A DNA stretch of 64,000 nt. Source: Sphingomicrobium sp. (lineage in GTDB: Bacteria; Pseudomonadota; Alphaproteobacteria; Sphingomonadales; Sphingomonadaceae). Position numbers and translations under genes: made by a program. Numbering within the stretch: position 1 is the first letter of the stretch; each line of letters starts with the position of its first letter. The stretch covers positions 46,927 through 110,926 of the forward strand of contig JBDSGJ010000005.1 of assembly GCA_039919075.1 (NCBI GenBank), in the 5' to 3' direction. Below, one piece after another: positions 33,802-44,386 of this stretch. Under the pieces are notes generated by a model, which did not search any database, was not told the origin of the DNA, and was given only the letters and a program-made list of their open reading frames with translations.

Positions 33802-35136
33802 TCAGACGGGTTCCGCGACTCGGACCGGATCGAGCCAGTCGGCCAGCGCGCCGCGGGCGCGGTCGGTGTAGGCCCGCTTGCGATCGGCCTTTTTCACCTT
33901 GGGGCCTCCAAGCGGCGGCATCAGGCCGAAATTGACGTTCATCGGCTGGTAGGTCTCGGCGATTGCACCCCCGGTGAGGTGACCAAGGAGAGCTCCAAGC
34001 GCGGTCTCGGGTGGGGGCGGCGCGAGCGCCATCCCGCGCGCCTCGGCGATGGCGAAGCGCGCCGCGAGCAGTCCGATCGCGGCGCTTTCCACATAGCCTT
34101 CGCAGCCGGTGATCTGCCCGGCGAAACGGATGCGTGGGCACGACTTCAACCGCAATTCGCCATCGAGCAATTCGGGCGAGCGGATGAAAATGTTGCGGTG
34201 AATCCCGCCAAGCCGTGCGAACTCGGCCCTCTCTAGCCCGGGAATCGTTCGAAAAATCCGCACTTGGTCGGCGTGTTTCAATTTGGTCTGGAAGCCGACC
34301 ATGTTCCACAATGTGCCAAGCGCATTGTCCTGCCGCAGCTGGACCACGGCATAGGGCCAGCGCCCCGTTCGCGGATTGTCGAGCCCGACCGGCTTCATTG
34401 GCCCGAACCGAAGTGTCTCGGGGCCGCGCTCCGCCATCACCTCGATCGGCATGCACCCCTCGAAATAGGGCGTGTCGCGTTCCCAGTCCTTGAACTGGGT
34501 CTTGTCACCGGCGTTGAGCGCAGCGATGAACTCGGCATATTGCTCGCGGTCCATCGGGCAGTTTATATAGTCTTTCCCGCCCTTGTCCCAGCGGGCCGCC
34601 ATCCAGCACACTTCCATGTCGACGCTGTCACGGTGGATGATCGGCGCGATTGCGTCGAAGAAGGCAAGCGACCCTGCGCCGGTGGTGGTCGCGATCGATG
34701 CGGCCAGCGCTGGCGCCGTGAGCGGTCCGGTGGCAATGATTGTCGAGCCGTCGGGAAGCCGGTCAATGCGCTCGCGGACAAGTTTGATGTTGGCATGGCC
34801 TTCGACCGCCCGCGTGATCTCGGCGGCAAATGCCTCGCGATCGACCGCAAGCGCCGATCCGGCGGGAACGCGGTGAAGGTCTGCGGCGCGCATGACGAGC
34901 GACCCAAGCGTTCGCATTTCCTGGTGGAGCAAGCCGACGGCATTGCTCTCCGCATCGTCCGATCGAAAGCTGTTCGAGCAGACCATTTCGGCAAGGCGGT
35001 CGCTCTCATGCGCGGGGGTCGTCTCGCCGCTCCCGCGCATTTCGGACAGCCGGACCTTGAGGCCAGCCTCGGCCAGCTGGAACGCCGCCTCGGAGCCGGC
35101 GAGCCCGCCGCCGATGATATGGATATCGTGGGTCAT
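33802..35136 (-). CDS. trmFO: tRNA (uracil-5-)-methyltransferase TrmFO
   Basis: [40 protein letters not shown]. Confidence 0.96.
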   Translation of the reverse strand: MTHDIHIIGGGLAGSEAAFQLAEAGLKVRLSEMRGSGETTPAHESDRLAEMVCSNSFRSDDAESNAVGLLHQEMRTLGSLVMRAADLHRVPAGSALAVDREAFAAEITRAVEGHANIKLVRERIDRLPDGSTIIATGPLTAPALAASIATTTGAGSLAFFDAIAPIIHRDSVDMEVCWMAARWDKGGKDYINCPMDREQYAEFIAALNAGDKTQFKDWERDTPYFEGCMPIEVMAERGPETLRFGPMKPVGLDNPRTGRWPYAVVQLRQDNALGTLWNMVGFQTKLKHADQVRIFRTIPGLERAEFARLGGIHRNIFIRSPELLDGELRLKSCPRIRFAGQITGCEGYVESAAIGLLAARFAIAEARGMALAPPPPETALGALLGHLTGGAIAETYQPMNVNFGLMPPLGGPKVKKADRKRAYTDRARGALADWLDPVRVAEPV

Positions 35137-35211
35137 GGGGTCCCATACTCGCCGCGGCCGCGCTTCGTCGAGCGGCTCGACATGGCCGAAGCCGAAACGC
35201 TAGTGGGCGAA

Positions 35212-35820
35212 ATGACGTTGCTCCCCGCGCTTGCCGCGCTGACCCTGTTCGCGCTGGCGTCCTCGATTACGCCTGGGCCTAACAATTTGATGCTGCTGTC
35301 GTCGGGCACCCGCTTCGGTTTTTTCCGGACGATCCCGCACATGCTCGGGGTGACTCTTGGTTTCGGGCTGATGATCGCGCTGGTTGGGCTTGGGCTGGCG
35401 CGCATCTTCAGCGCCTATCCCGTGCTTCAAACGCTCCTCAAGATCGCCAGCGTCGCCTATCTGCTCGTGCTGGCGTGGAAGATCGCGGTGTCGACGCAGC
35501 CATCGGTCGACGCGCTCGAACAGCAGGGTCGGCCGATGAGTTTCCTCGGTGCGGCAGCGTTCCAGTGGGTCAATCCCAAGGCGTGGACGATGGCGATCAC
35601 CGCGATGTCGGCCTATATCCTGCCGGTCGGACCGTTGGCGGGTCCGTTGCTCGTCGCATTGGTGTGCATCATCGTGACGATCCCGTCAGTGACCTTGTGG
35701 ACCGCAATCGGCTTGCATCTTCGTCGCTTTCTGGAGGATCCAGCCAAGCTGAGGCTGTTCAACTGGACCGCTGCGGTTCTTCTGATCCTTTCCCTCTATC
35801 CGGCGTTGATCGGGCATTGA
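35212..35820 (+). CDS. LysE family translocator
   Basis: ITPGPNN...G.RFGF, FQWVNPKAW. Confidence 0.9.
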   Translation: MTLLPALAALTLFALASSITPGPNNLMLLSSGTRFGFFRTIPHMLGVTLGFGLMIALVGLGLARIFSAYPVLQTLLKIASVAYLLVLAWKIAVSTQPSVDALEQQGRPMSFLGAAAFQWVNPKAWTMAITAMSAYILPVGPLAGPLLVALVCIIVTIPSVTLWTAIGLHLRRFLEDPAKLRLFNWTAAVLLILSLYPALIGH

Positions 35821-35845
35821 CCCGCCCGACCTTGGATTTGGATGC

Positions 35846-36055
35846 ATGAAGATATTCACGATCGGCTATGAGGCGGCGACGATGGCCGACTTCCTCGCCG
35901 CGCTCACCGATGCGGGCGTCACGCGCGTCATCGAGGTGCGCGCCCTGCCGTTGTCACGGCGGCCGGGCTTTTCCAAAACGCCCCTCAAGGGGGCGCTCGC
36001 CGAGGTCGGGATCGACTATGTTGACCTCAAGGCGCTTGGCGATCAATTCGCCTGA
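35846..36055 (+). pseudogene. Truncated DUF488 family protein
   Basis: IFTIGYE...VRALPLSRRPGFSK...LG then stops at 69 aa. Confidence 0.65.
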
Positions 36056-36136
36056 GCGAACGCGCCGTTCCGGATCATTTGTTTACGACACGGTTAGGGT
36101 CGTCGCGTTAATAGCGCCGAGCGGAAGGGCAGAAAT

Positions 36137-37120
36137 GTGATCGACGCCAAGCTGAACGACGAGCCGGGGCGCATGTTGGCGCTCAAGCGCTATGGCGTGC
36201 TCGATACTGGGCGCGAGCAGAATTTCGACGCGATCACGTCACTTGTGTGCTCGGTGCTCGACGTGCCGATCTGCGCGGTGTCGCTGATCGACGAGGAGCG
36301 GCAATGGTTCAAGTCGATTGCCGGGCTCGATGTGGCGGAGACTCCACGCGAACTGGCATTCTGCGATCATACAATCCGTGCGCGGGGGATCATGCAGGTC
36401 GGGGACGCCACTGCCGACGTGCGATTTGCCGAGAATGCCCTGGTCACGCGCGATCCGCTGATCCGAAGCTACGCCGGTGCGCCCCTGGTTACCCCCGACG
36501 GCTATCAACTTGGCGCGCTATGTGCGATCGACCGCAGGCCGCGCCTGTTCGACACCGCGCAACTGGCGCTGCTCGAGCGCTTTTCGGGCCTCGTTGTCGA
36601 GCAGCTGGAATTGCGCACGTTGGCCCATCAGGATTTCCTGACCGGGGCGCTGTCGCGTCGCGCCTTTACTGATGGTGCGCGCGCGGCGCTTCGCCAGCAG
36701 GCGCGCGATGGCGCGTCGGTGGCTCTGATGACCCTCGACGTCGACCATTTCAAGTCGGTCAATGACCGCTTCGGGCATGGTGTCGGCGATCAAGTATTGA
36801 AGGGAATTGCCGATTCCTGCCGAGTGGCTCTCCGCCCGGGTGACCTGTTCGGCCGGATCGGAGGTGAGGAGTTTGCGATACTTCTGCCAGGCACCGACTT
36901 CGGCCCCGCGCTCGCCTGCGCCGAGCGACTGCGAATGGCAATTCAGGAACCACGCGGATCAGCCTGTCCCGTGGTCACCGCGAGCTTCGGGCTTGCGATG
37001 GCCGAGGCGGGTGAGGACTTCGACCAGTGGCTCGCTGCCGCGGACGGCGCGCTTTACGAAGCGAAACGCGGCGGGCGCAATCGCTGTGTCGCCTTCGAGC
37101 GAGAACGCTTCGCCGCCTGA
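36137..37120 (+). CDS. GAF-GGDEF diguanylate cyclase
   Basis: QWFKS...PRELAFCDHTI, YAGAPL; DVDHFKSVNDRFGHGVGD, RIGGEEF. Confidence 0.93.
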   Translation: MIDAKLNDEPGRMLALKRYGVLDTGREQNFDAITSLVCSVLDVPICAVSLIDEERQWFKSIAGLDVAETPRELAFCDHTIRARGIMQVGDATADVRFAENALVTRDPLIRSYAGAPLVTPDGYQLGALCAIDRRPRLFDTAQLALLERFSGLVVEQLELRTLAHQDFLTGALSRRAFTDGARAALRQQARDGASVALMTLDVDHFKSVNDRFGHGVGDQVLKGIADSCRVALRPGDLFGRIGGEEFAILLPGTDFGPALACAERLRMAIQEPRGSACPVVTASFGLAMAEAGEDFDQWLAAADGALYEAKRGGRNRCVAFERERFAA

Positions 37121-37950
37121 CGGGGCAGCGGCTCCGTGTCCGTCGCCCCATCCTCAACCAGGGCGGGCCAGCGCTGGCGCCAGCTGCGGTACCAGTCGGC
37201 GAGTTCGTTAGGTGGTAGCGGCGTGGCGATGAGATAGCCTTGAGCGACGTCGCAGCCGAAGTCGCGTAGGAGAAGCAATTGTTCCTCGGTCTCGACCCCC
37301 TCGGCGGTCGCGGTCAGCCCGAGGCCATGGGCGAGCTCGATCATCGTCCTGACGATCAACCGGCTGTCGGCGCTTTCCATCATGTCCGTGAGGAAGAAGC
37401 GGTCGATCTTGAGCTCGGTGAAGGGCAGCTGGCGAAGCTGCATCAGCGTCGAATAGCCCGTTCCGAAGTCATCGATCGCCAGCCCGATGCCCTTGATGCG
37501 GAAGCGGGTGAGTGTGTCCATCAACTGGATCAGCGGCTGCGTGGCGCCCTCGGTCAGTTCGAGGACGAGCCGCTCGGTCGGCACCTCGAGCGCCCGGCAC
37601 ATTCGCTCGACGAGGTCAGGAAAATCGAGCTGGTCGAGGCTGAGCGCCGAGATATTGAAGGCGAGGCACAGGTCGAGACCCTGCTTGTGCCACAGCCGCC
37701 ATTGGGTCAGCGCAGTGCGAAGCCCCCATTGGGTCAGCGGATCGATTAGTCCGTTCCGCTCGGCGAGCGGAACAAAGCGCGACGGCGGGACCGGCCCGAG
37801 CACGGGATCATCCCAGCGAACCAGCGCCTCGACGCGCTTCAGGCTGCCGTCGACGAGGCTGATTTTCGGCTGGTAGGCAAGGTGAAGGCGACCATTGATC
37901 AGCGCGCGCTCGAATCCGTCAAGCAGCCCGAGATCGGCCGCGGCGATCAT
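37054..37950 (-). CDS. EAL domain c-di-GMP phosphodiesterase
   Basis: YQPKI, VEALVRW, LELTE, IDDFGTGYS, ELKIDR, AEGVET, QGY. Confidence 0.92.
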   Translation of the reverse strand: MIAAADLGLLDGFERALINGRLHLAYQPKISLVDGSLKRVEALVRWDDPVLGPVPPSRFVPLAERNGLIDPLTQWGLRTALTQWRLWHKQGLDLCLAFNISALSLDQLDFPDLVERMCRALEVPTERLVLELTEGATQPLIQLMDTLTRFRIKGIGLAIDDFGTGYSTLMQLRQLPFTELKIDRFFLTDMMESADSRLIVRTMIELAHGLGLTATAEGVETEEQLLLLRDFGCDVAQGYLIATPLPPNELADWYRSWRQRWPALVEDGATDTEPLPRQAAKRSRSKATQRLRPPRFAS

Positions 37951-38342
37951 GTCGCGAACTGCGGCTTCAGGCTTTCGAGCAATGCCTCGATATCGTCGAG
38001 CCGGGTCGGCTTCTCGAGCGGGCCGGCCATCGTCAGTCCAAGAGCCTGGCCGAGCCGAAAGGCGCTTTCGAGGATGCGGCGATCGAATCCGCTGATGATC
38101 AGGACTGGACCGCCGAACCGCTCTGCGGCGAGAAAGCGCAGAAGTTCGACTCCGTCCATCCCCGGCATACCAAGATCGATCGCGACCATCTCCGGCCGCG
38201 CGGCAGCGAAAGTGGCGCGAAAGTCGACGTCACCATGGGCGATAACAGGCTCATAGCCGCTCAATCGCGCCGCGTCGGCAAGATAGGCCGCCAGCGCCGG
38301 TTCGTCGTCGATCAGCAATAGGCGTGGGCGCGTTGGCGTCAT
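37947..38342 (-). CDS. Single-domain response regulator
   Basis: LLIDDE, DLGMPGMDG, ISG, EKP. Confidence 0.88.
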   Translation of the reverse strand: MTPTRPRLLLIDDEPALAAYLADAARLSGYEPVIAHGDVDFRATFAAARPEMVAIDLGMPGMDGVELLRFLAAERFGGPVLIISGFDRRILESAFRLGQALGLTMAGPLEKPTRLDDIEALLESLKPQFAT

Positions 38343-38468
38343 CTGTCCCTCATCCGCCAAGGGATACGCGCACTCGGGCGGGGTTGGTAGCGGAAAGGAC
38401 CGCAACGGCTTCTTAACGCTCGCGGCGCTAGATGTGTCGGACATGCTGTATTTCATCGCGAGGTTGCC

Positions 38469-39167
38469 ATGTTCGGCACGCTGATCCGCCGCAAACCCGC
38501 CCGCTCGTTCGGTCAGGACGAGGCGGCATTCGACTCGACCACTTTCTCGCTTACGACCGATGTGCCGCGGCCGGTCGAGAAGCGCGGCGAGGAGCGCCTG
38601 CCCGTCCTGCTTCGAGTCGCCAAGCTCATCAGCGCTGACGGCGAGCAGCTCATCCGCGTGCGCAACATGTCCGCTGGCGGGCTGTCCGCGGAACATGGCC
38701 AGCGTCTTACCATCGGCGAGCAGGTCTCGGTCGAGATTGGGCTCCAGAAGGTGCCGTCACAAGTCGTGTGGAAGCGCGAGGGCATGTGCGGCCTGAAGTT
38801 CGACCAGAATGTCGATCTCGGCGAAATGCTTGCCGGACGCAAGCCACGCCATGGCTTCCGGCCCCGCCCGCCGCGTCTCGAAGTTCAGTGCAAGGCGAGC
38901 CTCCGGATCGGCAAGACCTATTACACGGTCGACGTCCATGATCTTTCGCTCGGGGGCATGAAGGTCGAGCCGATCGAGGAATATTGCCTCGGAAAGCAAG
39001 TGGTCATCGTCGTCGAGAGTCTTCGCCCGGTAAAAGGGGAGGTCCGCTGGTTTGCCGATCGCAAGGCGGGGATCGTGTTCGATCAGCCGCTGCGCTTTGA
39101 AGAGCTTGCCGAATGGATGGGCAAACGACTCGAAATGGCCAGCCTCAAGGCCAGCATCAAGAAATAG
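38469..39167 (+). CDS. Tandem PilZ domain protein
   Basis: RxxxR and (N/D)xSxGG motifs twice: EERLP..VRNMSAGG; RPPRL..VHDLSLGG. Confidence 0.85.
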   Translation: MFGTLIRRKPARSFGQDEAAFDSTTFSLTTDVPRPVEKRGEERLPVLLRVAKLISADGEQLIRVRNMSAGGLSAEHGQRLTIGEQVSVEIGLQKVPSQVVWKREGMCGLKFDQNVDLGEMLAGRKPRHGFRPRPPRLEVQCKASLRIGKTYYTVDVHDLSLGGMKVEPIEEYCLGKQVVIVVESLRPVKGEVRWFADRKAGIVFDQPLRFEELAEWMGKRLEMASLKASIKK

Positions 39168-39212
39168 CAGGGCGCTTCCCTCCCTCGCGCGGCTGCGATA
39201 ACGAGGCGAGCG

Positions 39213-39968
39213 ATGGGGGACCAACTTCATGAACCCGGCGGCGTGCGCGCGGTCGAGGCAGGCGAAGTCGCCGGGCGGCCGATGAAGCTGTTCGACTTCA
39301 TCATGGTCGCGTTCGTCGTGATCCTGCTGCTGTCGAACGTCATCGGCGCAGGCAAGCGCGCCGTCATCGACCTGCCGCTCGTCGGACCGTGGCCGTTCGG
39401 TGCGGGCATTTTATTCTTCCCCCTGAGCTATGTGCTCGGCGACGTGCTGACCGAGGTCTATGGCTATGCCCGCGCGCGGCGCTGCATCTGGGCGGGATTC
39501 GCGGCGATGCTGTTCATGGTTGCGATGAGCATGATCGTCGTGGCGCTTCCGCCCGACGCTGGCTGGACCGGGCAGGCCGCCTATGAACAGGTATTCGGCC
39601 AGGTCCCGCGCATCGTCTTCGCCTCGATCTGCGCCTTCTGGGTCGGCGAGTTCGCCAATTCGGTCGTGCTCGCGCGGATGAAGGTCTGGACGCAGGGGCG
39701 GATGCTGTGGACCCGCACGATCGGGAGTACCGTCGTCGGCGAAGGTCTCGACAGCCTGATCTTTTATCCGCTCGCCTTCTGGGGCGTGGCGGGGTGGCCC
39801 GCCGCAACTCTGGCCAAGATCATGCTGACCCAGTTCGTTCTAAAGGTCTCATGGGAAGTGCTGCTAACCCCGCTCACCTATGTCATCGTCGGCTGGCTCA
39901 AGCGCAAGGAAGGGCTCGATGTTTATGACGAGTGCACCGAATTGACCCCTTTCCGCCTGCGCACCTGA
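39213..39968 (+). CDS. Queuosine precursor transporter (YhhQ/Vut family)
   Basis: FPLSYVLGDVLTEVYGY..ARR, RTIGST.VGE..DS. Confidence 0.9.
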   Translation: MGDQLHEPGGVRAVEAGEVAGRPMKLFDFIMVAFVVILLLSNVIGAGKRAVIDLPLVGPWPFGAGILFFPLSYVLGDVLTEVYGYARARRCIWAGFAAMLFMVAMSMIVVALPPDAGWTGQAAYEQVFGQVPRIVFASICAFWVGEFANSVVLARMKVWTQGRMLWTRTIGSTVVGEGLDSLIFYPLAFWGVAGWPAATLAKIMLTQFVLKVSWEVLLTPLTYVIVGWLKRKEGLDVYDECTELTPFRLRT

Positions 39969-39999
39969 CCCCCATATTGGCGGTGAAGGAGATTTTCCC

Positions 40000-40542
40000 A
40001 TGGTCGACGAAACCGCGATTCTCGCAGGCGGATGCTTCTGGTGCACCGAAGCAATCTTCCTTGACCTCGTCGGCGTGAAATCGGTCGAGAGCGGATACAT
40101 CGGCGGGCAGGTAATCGCGCCGACTTACAAGCAGGTTTGCGCTGGTGACACCGGTCATGCCGAGGCCGTGAAGATCGTCTTTGACCCGGAACAATTGACC
40201 TTTGGCGACCTTGCCGATGTATTCTTTGCAACCCACGATCCAACACAGCTCAACCGACAGGGCAATGACGTTGGCACGCAATATCGCTCGGCCATCTTCC
40301 CCCAGTCCCCAGAGCAGGACACCGAAGCCCGCGCCGCAATCGCCCGCGCGAACGCGACCTGCGGCGGAAAGGTTGTGACCACGATCGAGCCCGACGCGCC
40401 CTGGTACCCGGCCGAGGATTATCATCAGAATTACTGGGAGGGCGAAGGCCAGCGCAATCCCTATTGCCTGGCGACGATCCCGCCGAAGCTTGCGAAACTG
40501 CGCACGAGCCAGGCGAAGTTGAAGAGTGGCGTCTCGGCCTGA
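40000..40542 (+). CDS. msrA: Peptide methionine sulfoxide reductase A
   Basis: GGCFWC, HDPTQLNRQGNDVGTQYRS, AEDYHQ.Y. Confidence 0.96.
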   Translation: MVDETAILAGGCFWCTEAIFLDLVGVKSVESGYIGGQVIAPTYKQVCAGDTGHAEAVKIVFDPEQLTFGDLADVFFATHDPTQLNRQGNDVGTQYRSAIFPQSPEQDTEARAAIARANATCGGKVVTTIEPDAPWYPAEDYHQNYWEGEGQRNPYCLATIPPKLAKLRTSQAKLKSGVSA

Positions 40543-40659
40543 CCAGAGTTGTTTCAGCGGTCGACGTCTCGGCGTCGGTCTGGATCCCGGTCGTCAATGG
40601 AATGCCGTCGTCCCGCGACATCTCGCGGCATGCAAGTGACCGGGATGAGGCGTGCGGCA

Positions 40660-41574
40660 CTAGCCCCGGGGCGCCGCAGCCCGCTTCAATCTATCCCGGA
40701 TCGCCGCCGCCAGCCCATCGCCGGGAACTGGTGCCACCGCGATCCGTGCGTGCGGCGCCGCATCAGCCTGATGGAGCAGGTCGAACAGGCGTGCGGCGGC
40801 CTCCACCGCATCGCCAGCCGCACTCAAAGTGACCTGTCCAGCCACCGCCCCGAAGCCGATCATAAATTCGTTGTCCATCGCCTCGGTCGCGTCCAGACGC
40901 AGCGGCTTCGACGGCGCATAATGGCTCGCCATCTGACCCGGCGCCTCGATACCGCGCGCGTCCTCGACGGCGTCAATCTCGATCGGACCACGACGCAGCA
41001 GGCGCGGCGGGCCGCCGGTCACTGAGACAATGCTGCTTTCGATACCGCGCGCGCACGCGCCGCCGTCGAGGATCAGTGCGATCCGATCGCCCAGGCTCGC
41101 CGCGACATGTCGCGCGCAGGTCGAGCTGATCTTCCCGCTAGCGTTCGCCGAGGGCGCCGCCAACGGACGGCCGGTAGCGGCCAGCACTGCCTGCATGACC
41201 GTATGCGCGGGGACTCTCAGTGCGATGGTGGACAGTCCGGCGGTGACCAAGGCCGCAACCCCGGAGTTGGGTCGCAGCGGCACGACCAACGTCAGCGGAC
41301 CGGGCCAATGTGCCTCCGCCAGCGCCCGCGCGGCGAGATTAAACACCCCGATTGCTTCGGCTGCGGCGACGTTGGCAACATGGACGATCAGCGGGTTGAA
41401 ACTCGGTCGGCGCTTGGCTGTGTAAATCCGCGCGACCGCGTCGGCATTGGTCGCATCCGCCGCCAGACCATAGACCGTTTCGGTCGGCACCGCGACGGGG
41501 TGCCCGGCAAGGATCAGTCGCGCTGCTTCGGCAATTGCGTCGGGGGTTGCGGGGAGAATGGCTGGCGGGGGCAT
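40660..41574 (-). CDS. tsaC: L-threonylcarbamoyladenylate synthase (Sua5 type)
   Basis: VPTETVYGL, KRRPSFNPLI, AAPSAN.SG, APGQMASHYAP. Confidence 0.93.
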   Translation of the reverse strand: MPPPAILPATPDAIAEAARLILAGHPVAVPTETVYGLAADATNADAVARIYTAKRRPSFNPLIVHVANVAAAEAIGVFNLAARALAEAHWPGPLTLVVPLRPNSGVAALVTAGLSTIALRVPAHTVMQAVLAATGRPLAAPSANASGKISSTCARHVAASLGDRIALILDGGACARGIESSIVSVTGGPPRLLRRGPIEIDAVEDARGIEAPGQMASHYAPSKPLRLDATEAMDNEFMIGFGAVAGQVTLSAAGDAVEAAARLFDLLHQADAAPHARIAVAPVPGDGLAAAIRDRLKRAAAPRG

Positions 41575-41620
41575 GGCCGCGCGGCTATAGCGCGTGGCTC
41601 CGAAAACCAAGGAAAACCGC

Positions 41621-43279
41621 ATGAGCTTCGCCTGCGCCGTCCGCGACCAGCGGCTCGTCCTCGATGTGGTCGTCGGCATAGCCGGCCTTGCCGCTACGGA
41701 ACGCTTCGCCGATGCGACCCCCGACATGGTCGATGCGGTACTCGAAGGCGCGGCGCAATTCGCCGAAGGGGAATTCGCGCCGCTCGACCGAATCGGCGAC
41801 ACCATCGGGTCTCGCTGGGCCGACGGCGTCGTCACCACTCCACCCGGTTTCTGCGAAGCTTACGCCGCGTTCGTTGCGGGCGGCTGGATGGGGCTTGCCG
41901 CGCCGGCGGGGGCAGGCGGGCAGGGGCTTCCGCTCGCCCTGTCGGCGGCGCTGATGGAAGACCTCAACGCCGCGAACATCGGTTTCGCGCTTTGCCCGAT
42001 GCTTAGCATGGGCGCCATCGAGGCGCTCGAAGTGCACGGCTCGGCGCAGCAGAAAGCGGATTATCTGCCGAAGATCGTCAGCGGCGAATGGCCCGCGACG
42101 ATGAACTTGACCGAGCCGCAAGCGGGCAGCGATGTTGGTGCGCTCAAGACGCGGGCCGATCTCGCCAAGGACGGATCATGGAAGATCAGCGGCACCAAAA
42201 TCTACATCACCTATGGCGAGCATGACCTGGCCGACAACATCATCCACCTCGTTCTTGCGCGCACCCCCGGCAGCCCCGAGGGCACCAAAGGCATCTCCCT
42301 CTTCCTCGTCCCCAAACTCCTCCCCGACGGGCAGCGCAACGACCTCAGCTGTGTCTCGATCGAGCATAAGCTCGGCATCCACGCCTCGCCGACCTGCGTG
42401 ATGAGTTTTGGCGATGCGGGCGGCGCGACCGGCTGGCTGATCGGCGAGGAGCGTGCGGGCATGAAGGCGATGTTCACGATGATGAACAATGCCCGGCTCA
42501 ACGTCGCGCTCCAGGGAGTCGGCATCGCCGAGCGCGCAACCCAGCGCGCGGTTGCCTATGCGCTCGATCGGCGCCAGTTGGGCCGCGCCATCGCGGAGCA
42601 TGCCGACGTTCGCCGAATGCTTCTCCGGATGCGTGCGCTCACGAACGCGGCCCGTGCGCTGACCTATCTGGCGTTCGGCGACCTCGACCGCAAGGCGACC
42701 GGCGACGCCGCCGCGGGTTCGCGCGCGGAGGTCCTCATCCCGCTCGCCAAGTCATGGTGCACCGACATCGGCTGCGAAGTCGCCAGCATGGGTATCCAGG
42801 TCCATGGCGGCATGGGCTATATCGAGGAAACCGGCGCCGCCCAGCACCTTCGCGACGCGCGCATTGCGCCGATTTACGAAGGCACCAACGGCATTCAGGC
42901 GGCGGACCTCGTTGGCCGCAAACTAAGGCTCGACGGTGGTGCTGCGTTCGATACGCTGATCTCCGATATTCGTGCCGACATCACCAGGCCCCACCTCATC
43001 GCCTTGGCCGACGCCGTAGAGGCGGCCGCCATCACGCTTCGCAAAGCGGGCGCCGATGACCGACTCGCGGGGAGCTACCCATTTCTCACCATGTGCGCCG
43101 TGCTCGTCGCCGGCTGGCTGCTCGAGCGGATCGCGCGCGCGCCAGAAGCGCAGGACCGCGACCGCGCGGTGGCGGACTATTTCGGAATGATGGTTGCTGC
43201 CGAGGCGGTCGGCCTCGCCGCCGCAGCGCAGGGCGGGGCAGGGACACTTTACGCGGTAACGGCCGAGGCGCTCGCCTAG
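41621..43279 (+). CDS. Acyl-CoA dehydrogenase
   Basis: MNLTEPQAGSD, GTKIYIT, QVHGGMGY, IYEGTNGIQ. Confidence 0.93.
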   Translation: MSFACAVRDQRLVLDVVVGIAGLAATERFADATPDMVDAVLEGAAQFAEGEFAPLDRIGDTIGSRWADGVVTTPPGFCEAYAAFVAGGWMGLAAPAGAGGQGLPLALSAALMEDLNAANIGFALCPMLSMGAIEALEVHGSAQQKADYLPKIVSGEWPATMNLTEPQAGSDVGALKTRADLAKDGSWKISGTKIYITYGEHDLADNIIHLVLARTPGSPEGTKGISLFLVPKLLPDGQRNDLSCVSIEHKLGIHASPTCVMSFGDAGGATGWLIGEERAGMKAMFTMMNNARLNVALQGVGIAERATQRAVAYALDRRQLGRAIAEHADVRRMLLRMRALTNAARALTYLAFGDLDRKATGDAAAGSRAEVLIPLAKSWCTDIGCEVASMGIQVHGGMGYIEETGAAQHLRDARIAPIYEGTNGIQAADLVGRKLRLDGGAAFDTLISDIRADITRPHLIALADAVEAAAITLRKAGADDRLAGSYPFLTMCAVLVAGWLLERIARAPEAQDRDRAVADYFGMMVAAEAVGLAAAAQGGAGTLYAVTAEALA

Positions 43280-43632
43280 TCGCGCTCGCTTGCGAGCAGT
43301 TCCGCGGGCTCGATCCCGAGACGCTCCATACGCGCGCGGATTGCGGGCCATTCGGCGCCGACGAAGAATTCGCGCTCGCGCTCACGCAGCCGCACGCGGG
43401 CGCCCGGGGCGACGAACATGCCGATGCCGCGCTTGACCAGAACCAGACCCTCGTCCTGGAACCCCTGGTAGGCCTTGGCCACCGTCAGCGGGTTTGCGCC
43501 CTGCTCCACTGCCAATGCGCGGACCGAGGGCAGCGGATCGCCGTCGGTGAAGCGGCCTGCGAGGATCGCGTCGGTGATCATCTCACGCAAGCGGACGTAA
43601 ACAGGCTTTTCGGGGAGGCAGCGAAGCGTCAT
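43276..43632 (-). CDS. GntR family regulator (YtrA-like)
   Basis: LPSVRALA...ANPLTVAKAY...KRGIGMFV. Confidence 0.88.
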   Translation of the reverse strand: MTLRCLPEKPVYVRLREMITDAILAGRFTDGDPLPSVRALAVEQGANPLTVAKAYQGFQDEGLVLVKRGIGMFVAPGARVRLREREREFFVGAEWPAIRARMERLGIEPAELLASERD

Positions 43633-43673
43633 GCTGTCGTAATACAGCAGGGCGGGATCGCCGGCAAGATGGG

Positions 43674-44261
43674 TTACCCCGACGCGCTGCTCCAACGACG
43701 GACAATCTGCGTCATGTCGGGCCGCGGTCGCTCCTCAAGCGGGCGTCCCGGCGATCCCAGGAAGATGAACCCGGCAACGCGTTCACCCGCCTCGCACAGC
43801 GCCTCCCGCACCACATCGGAATAGCTCATCCAGCCGGTAATCCAGCCGCCGACGAAGCCCAACGCGTGGGTTGCATGAAGCAGGTTCATCGCGACCGCAC
43901 CGGCGGACAATTCCTGTTCCCACAACGGGATCTTGTGCCCAGCGATTGGTGCCGAAAGCACGACGACGAGGGTCGGCGCCTGGTGAGCAAATTCGCTCGC
44001 CTTGGCGTAATGCGCGCTGTTCACGTCCGGGTCCTGTGCCGCAAGCGCGCGTGCAAGCAGATCGGCGAGCGCTTGCCGCTGGGCCTTCTCGATCACCACG
44101 ATGCGCCACGGGAATAGCTTGCCATGGTCGGGCGTCCGTGCCGCAATCGTCAGAATTCGACCAAGTTCAGCATCGGAGGGTCCGGGCGCGATCATCTCGC
44201 GCGGCTTGCCCGATCGGCGCGTTTCGAGCAGCGCGAGGGGCGAAGTCAGATCGTTGAGCAT
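43674..44261 (-). CDS. Nitroreductase family protein (YdjA-like)
   Basis: RRS, ARTPDHGKLFPWR, W.TGW, GFIFLG. Confidence 0.88.
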   Translation of the reverse strand: MLNDLTSPLALLETRRSGKPREMIAPGPSDAELGRILTIAARTPDHGKLFPWRIVVIEKAQRQALADLLARALAAQDPDVNSAHYAKASEFAHQAPTLVVVLSAPIAGHKIPLWEQELSAGAVAMNLLHATHALGFVGGWITGWMSYSDVVREALCEAGERVAGFIFLGSPGRPLEERPRPDMTQIVRRWSSASG

Positions 44262-44386
44262 GGCTCCCTCTACTATCTCGGGCGGTCCACAACAAATGCT
44301 TCCCAAGGTCGTTTCATTCGTTACGGTGTGCGTCAATCGGAACGGCGCCGGAGGCGTACGCCGACCGCTACGAGGAGCGTTGCCAA

